A stretch of DNA of 64,000 bases from a bacterium (GCA_031441465.1 JANOEP010000016.1:32001-96000); one strand, 5' to 3'; positions 20,458 to 29,648 are shown, counted from the first letter of the stretch. Translations and numbers: made by a program. The notes: generated from the letters alone by a model not told the origin.

Positions 20458-21750
20458 ATGGGAATGACAGTCGTCGAGAAGATCCTGGCCAGGGCGGCGG
20501 GCGCCAAAGCCGTCAGAGCCCTGGATATCGTGGAGCCGCGCGTCGATCTCGCCATGTCGCACGAGAACGCGGCCCTGGTCATCAACCAGTTCAACGAGAT
20601 CTATCTGGGCACGGATCGCGAGCCCAGGCCCTGGGATCCCACCCGCATCGCCATCATCTTCGATCACCGGGTGCCGGCCGAGGGGCCCAAGACCGCCACC
20701 AACCAGAAACTCATCCGCGGCTTCGTGGCGCGGCACGGCATCGCCAAGTTCCACGACATCCGCGGCGACCTCGGCGGCATCTGCCACCAGATCCTGCCGG
20801 AGCACGGCTACGTCCGGCCCGGCTTCGTGGTCGTCGGCACCGACAGCCACACGACCAGCCACGGAGCCCTGGGCTCCTTCGCCTTCGGCATCGGCGCCAC
20901 CGAGATGGCCTCGGTCTGGACGCTCGGCGTCGCGCTCAACATCGAGGTGCCGCCGACCATCAGGGTCGTCGTCACCGGCACATTCCAGGAGCACGTTGGG
21001 CCGAAGGATCTGATCCTGCACCTGATCGGCAGGCTCACGGCCCAGGGCGCCAATTTCCGCGTGCTCGAGTTCCACGGCGACGCGATCGCGGCGATGTCGA
21101 CGAGCGGACGTCTCACCATCTGCAACATGAGCGTCGAGGCCGGCGCCACGAGCGGCATCGTGCCCGCCGACGAAGAAACCGAGCGCTACCTGCGCCAGGA
21201 GGCCGGCGTCACCGGACCCGTCGAGCGGATCTTGCCGGACGCCGACGCCGTCTACGAGAAGGTCCTCGAGGTCGACGTATCCCGGCTCGAACCGCAGATC
21301 GCCTGCCCACACACGGTCGACAACGTGAAGCCGGTCGGCGAGGTCACCGGCAAGGCCGTCCAGCAGATCGTGATCGGCAGCTGCACGAACGGCCGCCTAG
21401 ACGACCTCGAGATCGCCGCCGGGATCCTCAAAGGCAAGCAGGTCGCTCAGGGCACGCGCATGCTGGTCTTCCCCGCCTCCGGGCGGATCTACTCCCAGGC
21501 TCTCGAGGCCGGCTACCTGCAGGAATTCATGAGGGCCGGCGCCGTGGTGATGAACTCGGGCTGCGGGCCGTGCCTGGGCATTCACCAGGGGGCGCTCGGG
21601 GACGAGGAAGTGGCGCTCGCCACCACCAACCGCAACTTCAAGGGCCGCATGGGAAACCCGAAATCCGAGGTCTACCTGTGCAGTGCGGCCGTCGCCGCGG
21701 CCAGCGCCATCACCGGCGTCATCACCGATCCGCGCACAGGAGGTCGCTGA
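20458..21750 (+). CDS. Homoaconitase/3-isopropylmalate dehydratase-family large subunit
   Basis: DH, GICHQ, GTDSHT, GSCTN, GCGPCLG (three 4Fe-4S Cys), TTNRNFKGRMG. Confidence 0.92.
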   Translation: MGMTVVEKILARAAGAKAVRALDIVEPRVDLAMSHENAALVINQFNEIYLGTDREPRPWDPTRIAIIFDHRVPAEGPKTATNQKLIRGFVARHGIAKFHDIRGDLGGICHQILPEHGYVRPGFVVVGTDSHTTSHGALGSFAFGIGATEMASVWTLGVALNIEVPPTIRVVVTGTFQEHVGPKDLILHLIGRLTAQGANFRVLEFHGDAIAAMSTSGRLTICNMSVEAGATSGIVPADEETERYLRQEAGVTGPVERILPDADAVYEKVLEVDVSRLEPQIACPHTVDNVKPVGEVTGKAVQQIVIGSCTNGRLDDLEIAAGILKGKQVAQGTRMLVFPASGRIYSQALEAGYLQEFMRAGAVVMNSGCGPCLGIHQGALGDEEVALATTNRNFKGRMGNPKSEVYLCSAAVAAASAITGVITDPRTGGR

Positions 21751-21751
21751 C

Positions 21752-22249
21752 ATGGGCAAGGTCGTACTGAAGCTCGGGAAGGACATCAGCACCGACGACA
21801 TCTACCCCGGACGGTTCATGGCCACGGTCCTCCCGACCGAAACGCCGCAGTTCTGTTTCCACGATCGCACGGAGTTCAACGCGCAGCTCAAGGCCAAGGC
21901 GATCCCGGCCGGCAGCGTCATCGTCGCCGACGAGAACTTTGGCTGCGGCTCGAGCCGCGAACAGGCGGTGAGCACGATCCGGGGCCACGAACTCGTCATC
22001 GTCGCGCGGAGCATCGCGCGCATCTTCCTGCAGAACGCCATCAACCTCGGCCTGAACCTGGTCATCTGCCCGACCATCGAGGCGCAGGAGGGGGACGAGC
22101 TCGAACTCGTTTCCGGCGGGGTGCTGAACAAGACCAGCGGCAAGGAATTCGCCACCGAGCCGCTGCCGCCTGCGCGCCAGGCGATCATCGACGCGGGAGG
22201 GCTGATCCCCTACACCCGCAAGAAACTGCTCGAACTGCCGGCTCGGTGA
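21752..22249 (+). CDS. Homoaconitase/3-isopropylmalate dehydratase-family small subunit
   Basis: ISTDDIYPG, NFGCGSSREQA, SIARIFLQNAINLG; GGAGG RBS. Confidence 0.92.
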   Translation: MGKVVLKLGKDISTDDIYPGRFMATVLPTETPQFCFHDRTEFNAQLKAKAIPAGSVIVADENFGCGSSREQAVSTIRGHELVIVARSIARIFLQNAINLGLNLVICPTIEAQEGDELELVSGGVLNKTSGKEFATEPLPPARQAIIDAGGLIPYTRKKLLELPAR

Positions 22250-22258
22250 TGTCAGTCG

Positions 22259-22459
22259 TCAGTCGCGGCGGCCTCGCCCGGAGGTCAGCAGCCACCCGAT
22301 CGCCGCGCCCCAGAGGACCGCGACGACCGGGTTGGCGCTGATCCGTCAGGTCGCGCCGCTGCAGTGCTGCCAGTAGTGCCAGAGATAGCCGAGCGCGCCG
22401 CCGAGGGCCGGGCCCCAGAGGCGGCGCGCCGCCGTGAGGAATTGCGGGCGCGTCGTCAC
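22259..22459 (-). CDS. DUF6132-like small membrane protein with in-frame TGA (22346-22348); candidate selenoprotein
   Basis: GTG start overlaps peptidase stop; MTTRPQFLTAARRLWGPALGGALGYLWHYWQHCSGAT[TGA]RISANPVVAVLWGAAIGWLLTSGRGRRD; both halves fit the recalled DUF6132 pattern GY.YY..GC.SG.C.I...P....YGA..G. Confidence 0.7.
22285..22341 (-). promoter_or_regulatory. Candidate bacterial SECIS hairpin 3' of the in-frame UGA
   Basis: UCAGC-GCCA-A-CCCGGUCGUCGCG-[GUCCUCUGGGG]-CGCGGCGAUCGGG-UGGC-U-GCUGA; 13-bp upper stem with two G-U pairs; loop starts with G at nt 28 after UGA. Confidence 0.5.
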
Positions 22460-23547
22460 GGCTGCACGTAGCCCGCGGCGTGGAGCTGCTCCACGTCGGC
22501 GAAGGTGCGCGGCGGCTGCAGGTGCTTTGCCAGGAAGCGGTAGACCCGCAGCCGGATCTCCTGGGCGCCCTTCGTGTCGAGACGGTCGAAGCTGTGGCCG
22601 CCGGGCGCAGCCTCGTAGATCTCGTATTCGAACTGCTTGTCTTCGGCCTTCAGCGCCTGGATCAGGTGCTCGACCTCCAGCACGTTCACGTCCTCGTCCG
22701 TGGTGTTGGACAGCACCAGCAGGGGAGTCTTCAACTTCTGGACGTTCCACACGGGCGAGCGGCGCTTGTACTCGGCGATGTTCTCGCCGACGGTCTGGCC
22801 GATGTGGTAGTCGGCCGAGAAGTCGTCCCGGTACTCCTGGTCCAGGTAGCCCAGGCGCGCGACGATATCGCTGACCGGCACGCCGGCGTAGGCGCAGGCG
22901 TAGTCGTCGGGATGCTCGAAGACGCTCATCAGGCTGATCAGGCCGCCGTGGCTCCAGCCGATCGAGCCCACGCGGCCCGGATCGACGAAGTCGTAGTTCT
23001 CCAGGACGTAGGCGCGGCAGGCGTGGGCGTCCTCGACCTCCAGGCCGCCGTAGTCGATGCTCTCGTACATGCCGCGGCCGTAACCCGTGCTGCCGCGGTA
23101 CTCCGGCGCCACCACCACGTAACCCTGGGCCACCAGCTCGCGCACGATGTGCGTGTGGTAGGTCGTGAAGTCGGCGTGGACGCCGCCGTGCGACAGCACC
23201 AGCAGCGGCGCCTTGCGGCCGGGATCGAGGTCGCGGGGGATGAAGACGTAGGCCCAGAACTTCAGCGGGTTGCCGGCGCCGATGCCCGTGGGGTTCGTCT
23301 CCTTCCACTTCGGCGGTCCGTACAGGCGCACCTTGTCGATGTGCGCGACGTCGCCCACGCGGTCGAACCAGAGGCCGTCGTCGACCTGCTTCTGCAGTTC
23401 GTCGAGGCGGTGCCCGAGATTCTCGATCGCACCGAGCACCTCGTCGAGCTTGGCGCCGACGTCGGCGACGGGGGAGGAGGTGTCCTGGGCGAAAGCGGTC
23501 AGCGGGACCGCGGCGGCGACGAAGCAGGCCAGCAGCAGGCGACGCAT
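22456..23547 (-). CDS. Secreted S9 prolyl oligopeptidase-family serine peptidase
   Basis: Signal peptide; HGG, YRGSTGYG, GWSHGG nucleophile, DEDV, GGHSF. Confidence 0.9.
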   Translation of the reverse strand: MRRLLLACFVAAAVPLTAFAQDTSSPVADVGAKLDEVLGAIENLGHRLDELQKQVDDGLWFDRVGDVAHIDKVRLYGPPKWKETNPTGIGAGNPLKFWAYVFIPRDLDPGRKAPLLVLSHGGVHADFTTYHTHIVRELVAQGYVVVAPEYRGSTGYGRGMYESIDYGGLEVEDAHACRAYVLENYDFVDPGRVGSIGWSHGGLISLMSVFEHPDDYACAYAGVPVSDIVARLGYLDQEYRDDFSADYHIGQTVGENIAEYKRRSPVWNVQKLKTPLLVLSNTTDEDVNVLEVEHLIQALKAEDKQFEYEIYEAAPGGHSFDRLDTKGAQEIRLRVYRFLAKHLQPPRTFADVEQLHAAGYVQP

Positions 23548-23627
23548 GGCTTCTCCTTCCGGATGACGTGCCCGGTGAGCATGGACCAAGGATACCGGCC
23601 GGTCAACCGGCCCGCAGCGGCGAAGGC

Positions 23628-24989
23628 TCAAGGCGCCTCCGCGATCGCCCACAGCAGCGCGGCGACCGCCGCCACGTTCCGCTGCAGGTCCGCGGGATCG
23701 ACCTTGTCCACGGTGTCGGCCGGGCTGTGGTGGACGTCGAAGTAGTGCTCGCCGTGGACGCGGTGCCCGATCAGGGGCACGCCGGCGTCCGCCAGGAACG
23801 AAATGTCCACGCCGCCGCCGCCGGGGGTCACCGCGTCCGCGCCCAACGATGCCAGCGGCGCGGCCAGCGCGGCGAACCGCGCGACCGTGGCGGAGTCGGC
23901 CTGGACCGTGAAGCCGGCCGGGGCGAAGCCGCCCGAGTCGCACTCCAGCGCCGCCTTGTGGCGCGGCAGCTCGTCGGCGTGAGCGCGGGCGTAGCCGCGC
24001 CCCCCCTGCTGGGTCATTTCCTCGTCGGCGTAGAGCACCACCCGCAGGGTGCGGCGCGGCGCGAGGTCCAGGCGTTTCAGCAGGAAGACCGCCTCCATGA
24101 CGATGGCGCAGCCGGCGCCGTTGTCGTGGGCGCCGCTGCCGACGTCCCACGAGTCGAGGTGGGCGCCGGCCAGGACGATCTCGTCCGGCGATTCACGGCC
24201 GGTCAGCTCGGCCACCACGTTGGCGCTGTCCGCGTCGGGCAGCTGCGATGCTCCCATCTCCAGGCGCACGCGCACCGGCGCGTCGCGGCGGGACAGGCGC
24301 GTCAGCAGGGCGGCGTCCTCCACGCTCAACGCGGCGGCGGGGATCCGCGGGATGGTGTCGCCCTTGTCGTAGCGCATGATGCCGGTGTGGGGGGTGCTGA
24401 GGCTGCGGTCGGTGACCGAGCGGATCAGGCAGCCGACCGCGCCGTGGCGGGCGGCGGCGACGGCGCCGCGGCCGCGGTATTGCACGGTCTTGCCGTACCC
24501 CTCCCAGGGCGGGTCGAACAGCACGAGGCGTCCGGCGGCCTCGGCGGCGCGCGCTTCCAACTCTTCGAAATCGCGCACGGCCAGGACCTCGGCCGTGATC
24601 CCGCCGGGCGGCGTGCCCACGCTGCCGCCGAGCCCCAGCATCGTCAGCGGCTTCTCGTAGGGTTCCAGCAGCGTGCAGGTCTCGCGGCCGCGCACCCAGT
24701 GCGGCACCGTCACCGGCTCGGCGCGCACGCCGACCAGACCGCCCGCACGCAGCCGGCGCAGGGCCCACGCGACGGCGCGGCGCTGGCCGTCCGACCCGTT
24801 CAGGCGCGGGCCCGCGGTGTCGCACAGGTCGGTCAGCAGCGCGAAGGCGGAGCTGTCGGCCAGCGCGGCGGCGACGATGCGCGCCATGGTGTCCGGTGCC
24901 GCTCGTGCGGGTGTGGAGTCGCCGAGCATGAAACCTCCCAGCGCGATGCAGATCGCGGCGATGCGGGACGGTGCGGGCGGGTGCGGCAT
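23628..24989 (-). CDS. Secreted M28 metallopeptidase (carboxypeptidase Q-like)
   Basis: GPRLNGS, GAHLDSWD, AHDNGAG, ADEE, ECDSG, YFDVHHSPADT. Confidence 0.9.
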   Translation of the reverse strand: MPHPPAPSRIAAICIALGGFMLGDSTPARAAPDTMARIVAAALADSSAFALLTDLCDTAGPRLNGSDGQRRAVAWALRRLRAGGLVGVRAEPVTVPHWVRGRETCTLLEPYEKPLTMLGLGGSVGTPPGGITAEVLAVRDFEELEARAAEAAGRLVLFDPPWEGYGKTVQYRGRGAVAAARHGAVGCLIRSVTDRSLSTPHTGIMRYDKGDTIPRIPAAALSVEDAALLTRLSRRDAPVRVRLEMGASQLPDADSANVVAELTGRESPDEIVLAGAHLDSWDVGSGAHDNGAGCAIVMEAVFLLKRLDLAPRRTLRVVLYADEEMTQQGGRGYARAHADELPRHKAALECDSGGFAPAGFTVQADSATVARFAALAAPLASLGADAVTPGGGGVDISFLADAGVPLIGHRVHGEHYFDVHHSPADTVDKVDPADLQRNVAAVAALLWAIAEAP

Positions 24990-25009
24990 GGATCCTCCGG
25001 ATCGTTCCG

Positions 25010-25885
25010 TCAGCTCATGGTGACCATCAGGATGCCGGCGATCGCCAGCGCCGAGGCCGCGAGCTTGCGCCGGGTGAACGGTTCGTGCAGGAAGAACGAG
25101 GCCAGGATCAGCACGTAGATCGTGCTGGTCTGGTTCAGGATCGCGGCGGCGCCGGCCTGGGTGTACTTCATGCCGGCGAGCCAGAACATCAGCGCCAGGT
25201 ACGAGCCCAGGATCGTGGCCGGCAGGCTGAAGCGCCAGGAGGCGTCGGGCCGGAACACGCCCAGGTAACGCCGGCGCTGCGGCGAAATCACGGCCATCGG
25301 CACCATCACGGCCAGGGCGCCGAGCTGCCGCACGGCCGTGGACCACAGCACGGGCTGACGTTCCAGCACCGGCTTGGCGATGACGACGCCCAGGGCGACG
25401 GCCGCCATGGCGGTCATGCCCATCAGCGAGCCCTTGAGCAGCGCCCGCGGCGGCAAGCCCGGCGGGGTGGGGTGGCCCGAGGCGACCAGCACCGCGGCGA
25501 TGACCGTCACCATGCCCGCCAGCTGCCACCCGTTCAGGCGCTCGCCGATCAGCAGGAACGCGAACAGCACCACCAGCGGCGAGTAGAGGCAGTCGACGAT
25601 GGCGGTGACGCCCGCCCCGACGATGTTCAGGCAGCGGTGGAAGAGGGTGTCGGCCACTGCGATGGCGATGACGCCGCTGGCCATCAGGATCAGCACGTCC
25701 CGCACCGGCGCCTCGCGCACCAGTCCCTGGCCCGACGCCAGCACCGTGACCACCAGCAGCACGCTGCTGATCCCCACCCGGAACAGGTTCAGCGCGAACG
25801 GCGAGACGGTCTCGCCCGAACGCTTCAGCAGGATGACCGCGACCGCCCAGATCACGGCGCAGAGCAGGGCGTAGAACTCTCCCAA
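25010..25885 (-). CDS. EamA/DMT family transporter
   Basis: About ten TM helices in two repeats (LIGERL, FLHEPF); TTG start. Confidence 0.85.
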   Translation of the reverse strand: MGEFYALLCAVIWAVAVILLKRSGETVSPFALNLFRVGISSVLLVVTVLASGQGLVREAPVRDVLILMASGVIAIAVADTLFHRCLNIVGAGVTAIVDCLYSPLVVLFAFLLIGERLNGWQLAGMVTVIAAVLVASGHPTPPGLPPRALLKGSLMGMTAMAAVALGVVIAKPVLERQPVLWSTAVRQLGALAVMVPMAVISPQRRRYLGVFRPDASWRFSLPATILGSYLALMFWLAGMKYTQAGAAAILNQTSTIYVLILASFFLHEPFTRRKLAASALAIAGILMVTMS

Positions 25886-25989
25886 GGCGATCTCCCGATC
25901 TGCGGCGCGGTGAATGGAGGTTGATCGGCGGTGCCGGACGTGGAATCATCGCACTGCTGCCGTCCCTTCCGCAAGCAGGGGGTTGGATC

Positions 25990-26955
25990 ATGTATGTCGG
26001 TTATGCGGCGCCGCTGCGCCGGGCCTGGGCCCGCGCCCGCGCCCTGCTCCTCACGGGCTCGAGCCCCGAGACGTGGTTCGTGCTGGGATTCACGGCCTGG
26101 CTGGCCCGCCTGTGGGACAACGCCGGCCTGGGCGGCTCTTGGGATCGCGACTTCGTCAATTTCAAGGACCGCGACTGGCGCGTGTCGAGCCTGGACGACC
26201 TCCGCCACCTCGACCTCTTCGGCCACGAGCTCGGCGGGCTCGGGGTGGGGATCCTGGCCGGGCTCGGCGTGTTCGCGCTGCTGCTGGCGGTGCTGCTGAC
26301 CTGGCTCAGCTCCCGCGGCGAGTTCTGCTTCCTGGACAACGTCGTCCACCGGCGCGCCCGCGTGAGCGAGCCGTGGCGGCGGTACGCCCGCCAGGGCGAT
26401 TCGCTCTTCCTGTGGCGACTGGCCTTCCAGATCGTGGCCGGCGCCTGCGCGCTGGCCCTGATCCTGCCGGGCCTGCTGCTGGTGATCGGCGCGATCGCCA
26501 CCGAGAGCCTGCGCGGCCTCGGCGTCGCGGGCGCGGTCGTGCTGGGGATGCTGGGCGTCGTGCTGGCGATCGCGGCCTCCCTGGTCTCGTTCTGGACCGA
26601 CCAGTTCGTCGTGCCCGTGATGTACCGCGACGGCTCCGGCGTGCTGGCGGCCTGGCGCCGCACCCTGCCCCTGGTGCGCGAGCACATCGACCAGGCCGTC
26701 CTGTTCGCCCTGTTCTGGCTGCTGTTGGCCATGGTTGTCGGCGCCGCGATCGCCGCGCTGGGTCTGGTGACCTGCTGCGTCGGGTGGCTCGTGCTGGCGA
26801 TCCCGTACCTCGGCACCGTGATCCTGCTGCCGGTCTACGTCACGGCCCGCGCGCTGGGCCCCGAGTTCCTGGCCCAGTACGGCGAGGAGTGGCGCTTGTG
26901 GCCGTCCGACGGACCGCCGCCGCCCGCCGGCGAAGACCCGACTTCCACCGCATAA
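25990..26955 (+). CDS. Multi-pass membrane protein of unknown function
   Basis: Several TM helices; W.VLGF.AWLA, SSRGEF.FLD, TCC..IPYLGTVILLP. Confidence 0.6.
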   Translation: MYVGYAAPLRRAWARARALLLTGSSPETWFVLGFTAWLARLWDNAGLGGSWDRDFVNFKDRDWRVSSLDDLRHLDLFGHELGGLGVGILAGLGVFALLLAVLLTWLSSRGEFCFLDNVVHRRARVSEPWRRYARQGDSLFLWRLAFQIVAGACALALILPGLLLVIGAIATESLRGLGVAGAVVLGMLGVVLAIAASLVSFWTDQFVVPVMYRDGSGVLAAWRRTLPLVREHIDQAVLFALFWLLLAMVVGAAIAALGLVTCCVGWLVLAIPYLGTVILLPVYVTARALGPEFLAQYGEEWRLWPSDGPPPPAGEDPTSTA

Positions 26956-26964
26956 GGAGCCTCG

Positions 26965-28389
26965 ATGCGCCGCACGAAGATCATCGCCACGCTGGGCCCG
27001 GCCACCCGCGAACCGGCGGTGCTGCTCGAACTGATCCACGCCGGCCTGGACGTGGTGCGCCTGAACTTCAGCCACGGCTCGCTGGAGGCGAAGCGGCAGA
27101 CCATCCGCGACGTGCGCGCCGCGGCCGACGACGCCGACCGGCAAGTGGCCATCCTGCAGGACCTGGCGGGCCCGAAGATCCGCATCGGCGGCTTCGCCGA
27201 CGGACCGGTGAGGCTGCGCACCGGCGATCTGTTCACCCTGACCGCGCGCGACGTGCCCGGCGACGAGCGCGAGGTGTCGGTCGGCTACAAGGAACTGGCG
27301 GGCGATGTCAGCCGGGGAGACACGCTGTTGCTGGCCGATGGCGCCCTCTGCCTGAAGGTGGAGAAGGTCAGCGGATCGGACGTTGTCTGCCGCGTCGAGG
27401 CCGGCGGCGAACTGAGCTCCAACAAGGGCATCAACCTGCCGAGCGGTACGATCAGCGCTCCCATCCTCGACGAGAAGGACCTGGCGGACCTGGAGTTCGG
27501 CCTGGACGAGGACGTCGATTTCGTCGCCCTGTCGTTCGTGCGCAACGCGGCCGACGTGCTGGCGTGCCGCGCGGCCATGGACGCCTTCGGGGTCCGCCGG
27601 CCCATCGTCGCCAAGATCGAACAGCGAGAGGCCGTCGCGAACATCGACGAGATCCTGCGGGTGGTCGACGGGTTGATGGTGGCCCGCGGCGACCTGGGCG
27701 TCGAGATCCCGCTGGAGCACGTGCCGGGCGTGCAGAAATCCCTGATCTACAAGGCCAACGCCGCCGGCGTGCCCGTGATCACGGCCACGCAGATGCTGCG
27801 CTCGATGGTCGAGAATCCGCGCCCCACGCGCGCCGAAGTCTCGGACGTGGCCAATGCCATCCTCGACGGCAGCGACGCGGTGATGCTCTCGGAGGAGACC
27901 GCCGTCGGGCTGCACCCGGTGGAGGCCGTGCGGACCATGGCGCGCATCGCCGAAAGCGCGGAGACGTCTTTCCCGTACGAGGGCTGGAACGCGCGCTTTC
28001 CCCTGTGCGCGGGTCTGCACAGCGACGAGGCGGTGGCCCGCGCCGCCTGCCGCATGGCCGCCGAGATCGGCGCCGCCGCCATCATCACCATGACCACCAG
28101 CGGCAGCACGACGCGCCTGGTCGCCAAGTCGCGCCCGCCGCAACCGCTGCTGGCGATGACCGACAATCCCGATACCTGCCGCCGCCTGGCCCTGGTCTGG
28201 GGCGCCATCCCCTTCTTCACGCCGGACGGGGACACCCTCGAAGAGCTGGAGCGCGACGCCCTGCGCATCGCGCTGGACGCCGGACACATCGCGCCGGGCG
28301 ATGCCGTGGTGGTGACGGCGGGGTTGCCCCTGCACGTGTCGGGCCGCACCAACCTCATCAAGATCGTGACCGCGCCCCAGCGCTCTTGA
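26965..28389 (+). CDS. pyk: Pyruvate kinase
   Basis: RTKIIATLGPA, RLNFSHG, AKIE, MVARGDLGVE, ATQML, DAVMLSEET. Confidence 0.97.
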   Translation: MRRTKIIATLGPATREPAVLLELIHAGLDVVRLNFSHGSLEAKRQTIRDVRAAADDADRQVAILQDLAGPKIRIGGFADGPVRLRTGDLFTLTARDVPGDEREVSVGYKELAGDVSRGDTLLLADGALCLKVEKVSGSDVVCRVEAGGELSSNKGINLPSGTISAPILDEKDLADLEFGLDEDVDFVALSFVRNAADVLACRAAMDAFGVRRPIVAKIEQREAVANIDEILRVVDGLMVARGDLGVEIPLEHVPGVQKSLIYKANAAGVPVITATQMLRSMVENPRPTRAEVSDVANAILDGSDAVMLSEETAVGLHPVEAVRTMARIAESAETSFPYEGWNARFPLCAGLHSDEAVARAACRMAAEIGAAAIITMTTSGSTTRLVAKSRPPQPLLAMTDNPDTCRRLALVWGAIPFFTPDGDTLEELERDALRIALDAGHIAPGDAVVVTAGLPLHVSGRTNLIKIVTAPQRS

Positions 28390-28411
28390 CCGCCGCTGGT
28401 TCCCGTGCGCT

Positions 28412-29131
28412 TCAGTCCAGCAGACGGAATTGTTCGCCGGCACCGGCCGGCTTCAGCGGTTCGCTGAGTTCCGGGCCGTCGTGGCGTGGATTGTTGACGA
28501 GCGCGGCGACGGGCCAGGCGGTCATGAGGTCGGCAGGGAAGGGACGCAACAGGTCGTGCAGGCCGGGAGCGGCGTCGGGTGGGGCGGCCAGCCAATTCCG
28601 GTAATCGGCGCGGTGCAGGATCACCGGCATCCGGTCGTGGACGGGGCGCATGAGATCGTTGGCGGCGGTGGTCAGCAGCGCGCAGGTGTGCAGGGGAGTT
28701 CCCTCCGGCGACGTCCAGGTTTCCCAGATCCCGGCCATCGCGAAGCCCGGTTCGTCCTTCAGGCGGAAGAACCAGGGCTGTTTTTTCCCACCTTGGCGCT
28801 GCCACTCGTAGAAACCGTCGGCGGGCATCAGGCAGCGGCGCCGGCGGAAGGCGTCGCGGAACGTCGGTTTGTCGGCGACCGTCTCGCAGCGGGCATTGAT
28901 CGGACGGATCCCACCGGCGGGGCCGTGCGACCAGCGCGGCACCAGCCCCCAGTTCAGGTTGCGCAGGGTGCGCGGCGCATCGGAGGTCTCCTGGACGGCG
29001 GTCGTGAGGTCCTGGCCGGGAGCGATGTTCCAGCGCGGACGCAGCCCGAGTTCGGCGTTCAGGGCGACGTCCAAGGCCAACAACTGCGAGGTTTCCTCGG
29101 GAGTCAGGGTCAGCGTGAAGCGTCCACACAT
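28412..29131 (-). CDS. SOS response-associated peptidase (SRAP, YedK/HMCES family)
   Basis: N-terminal MCGRF, WGLVP, INARCET, GFYEW, HDRMPVIL. Confidence 0.95.
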   Translation of the reverse strand: MCGRFTLTLTPEETSQLLALDVALNAELGLRPRWNIAPGQDLTTAVQETSDAPRTLRNLNWGLVPRWSHGPAGGIRPINARCETVADKPTFRDAFRRRRCLMPADGFYEWQRQGGKKQPWFFRLKDEPGFAMAGIWETWTSPEGTPLHTCALLTTAANDLMRPVHDRMPVILHRADYRNWLAAPPDAAPGLHDLLRPFPADLMTAWPVAALVNNPRHDGPELSEPLKPAGAGEQFRLLD

Positions 29132-29200
29132 GCGGTTGTCTCCCGGAACTGACGGCTCAGCAAGAGGATACAGGAAAATTCCGATTGTCACCATGGGGAC

Positions 29201-29238
29201 TTGACAGATCTAGATTGTATATGTATTGTACTGTACAA
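29201..29238 (+). promoter_or_regulatory. Sigma70-like promoter with overlapping palindrome upstream of DUF378 gene
   Basis: TTGACA (29201-06), 17-nt spacer, TATTGT (29224-29); TTGTAC-T-GTACAA (29226-38). Confidence 0.55.
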
Positions 29239-29293
29239 ATAAGATACACAGTGGCCATGATGGCTGCCAAACGACGAGCAAGGGAGAGTTACC

Positions 29294-29527
29294 ATGAAAT
29301 CCGTGGACATCATCGTCGCAGTTCTTCTGATCGTGGGGGGGCTGAACTGGGGGCTCTGGGGTCTGTTCGGTTTCGATCTGGTGGCGGCGCTGCTCGGCGG
29401 CAACACGGCCATCGTGGCCCGTGTCGTCTACACCTTGGTCGGCTTGGCCGCCGTCTGGCAGGCCATGAGCGTGCGGCGCATCCAGGCCCGCTGGGCGCTC
29501 GCACCTGCGGGCATCCGCAAGGTCTAG
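29294..29527 (+). CDS. DUF378 family small membrane protein
   Basis: LLIVGGLNWGLWGLFGFDLVA..ARVVYTLVGLAA signature. Confidence 0.9.
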   Translation: MKSVDIIVAVLLIVGGLNWGLWGLFGFDLVAALLGGNTAIVARVVYTLVGLAAVWQAMSVRRIQARWALAPAGIRKV

Positions 29528-29648
29528 CCGCTCCGAGTCCCGGGACGTCGCGGGGTCAGCCCCGCAACAACCGCGCACCGCACCGACGGTGGCCCCGCGG
29601 CGATCCCGGACTTCATTCCAACTGGTTGCAGCCGATACTCAATCGGCC

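Noticed and set aside
17191..22249. Ordinary leuBCD leucine biosynthesis operon
   Set aside because: No leuA/ilv genes; dehydrogenase has SPIV and KY rather than LeuB signatures; embedded CoA-transferase and lyase
22346..23308. 320-aa minus-strand ORF ending HCSGAT
   Set aside because: Mostly an off-frame overlap of the S9 peptidase; only the part from GTG 22459 is the start of the DUF6132-like gene
29135..29290. Canonical SOS box upstream of SRAP
   Set aside because: No CTGT-N8-ACAG or GAAC-N4-GTTC with correct spacing seen
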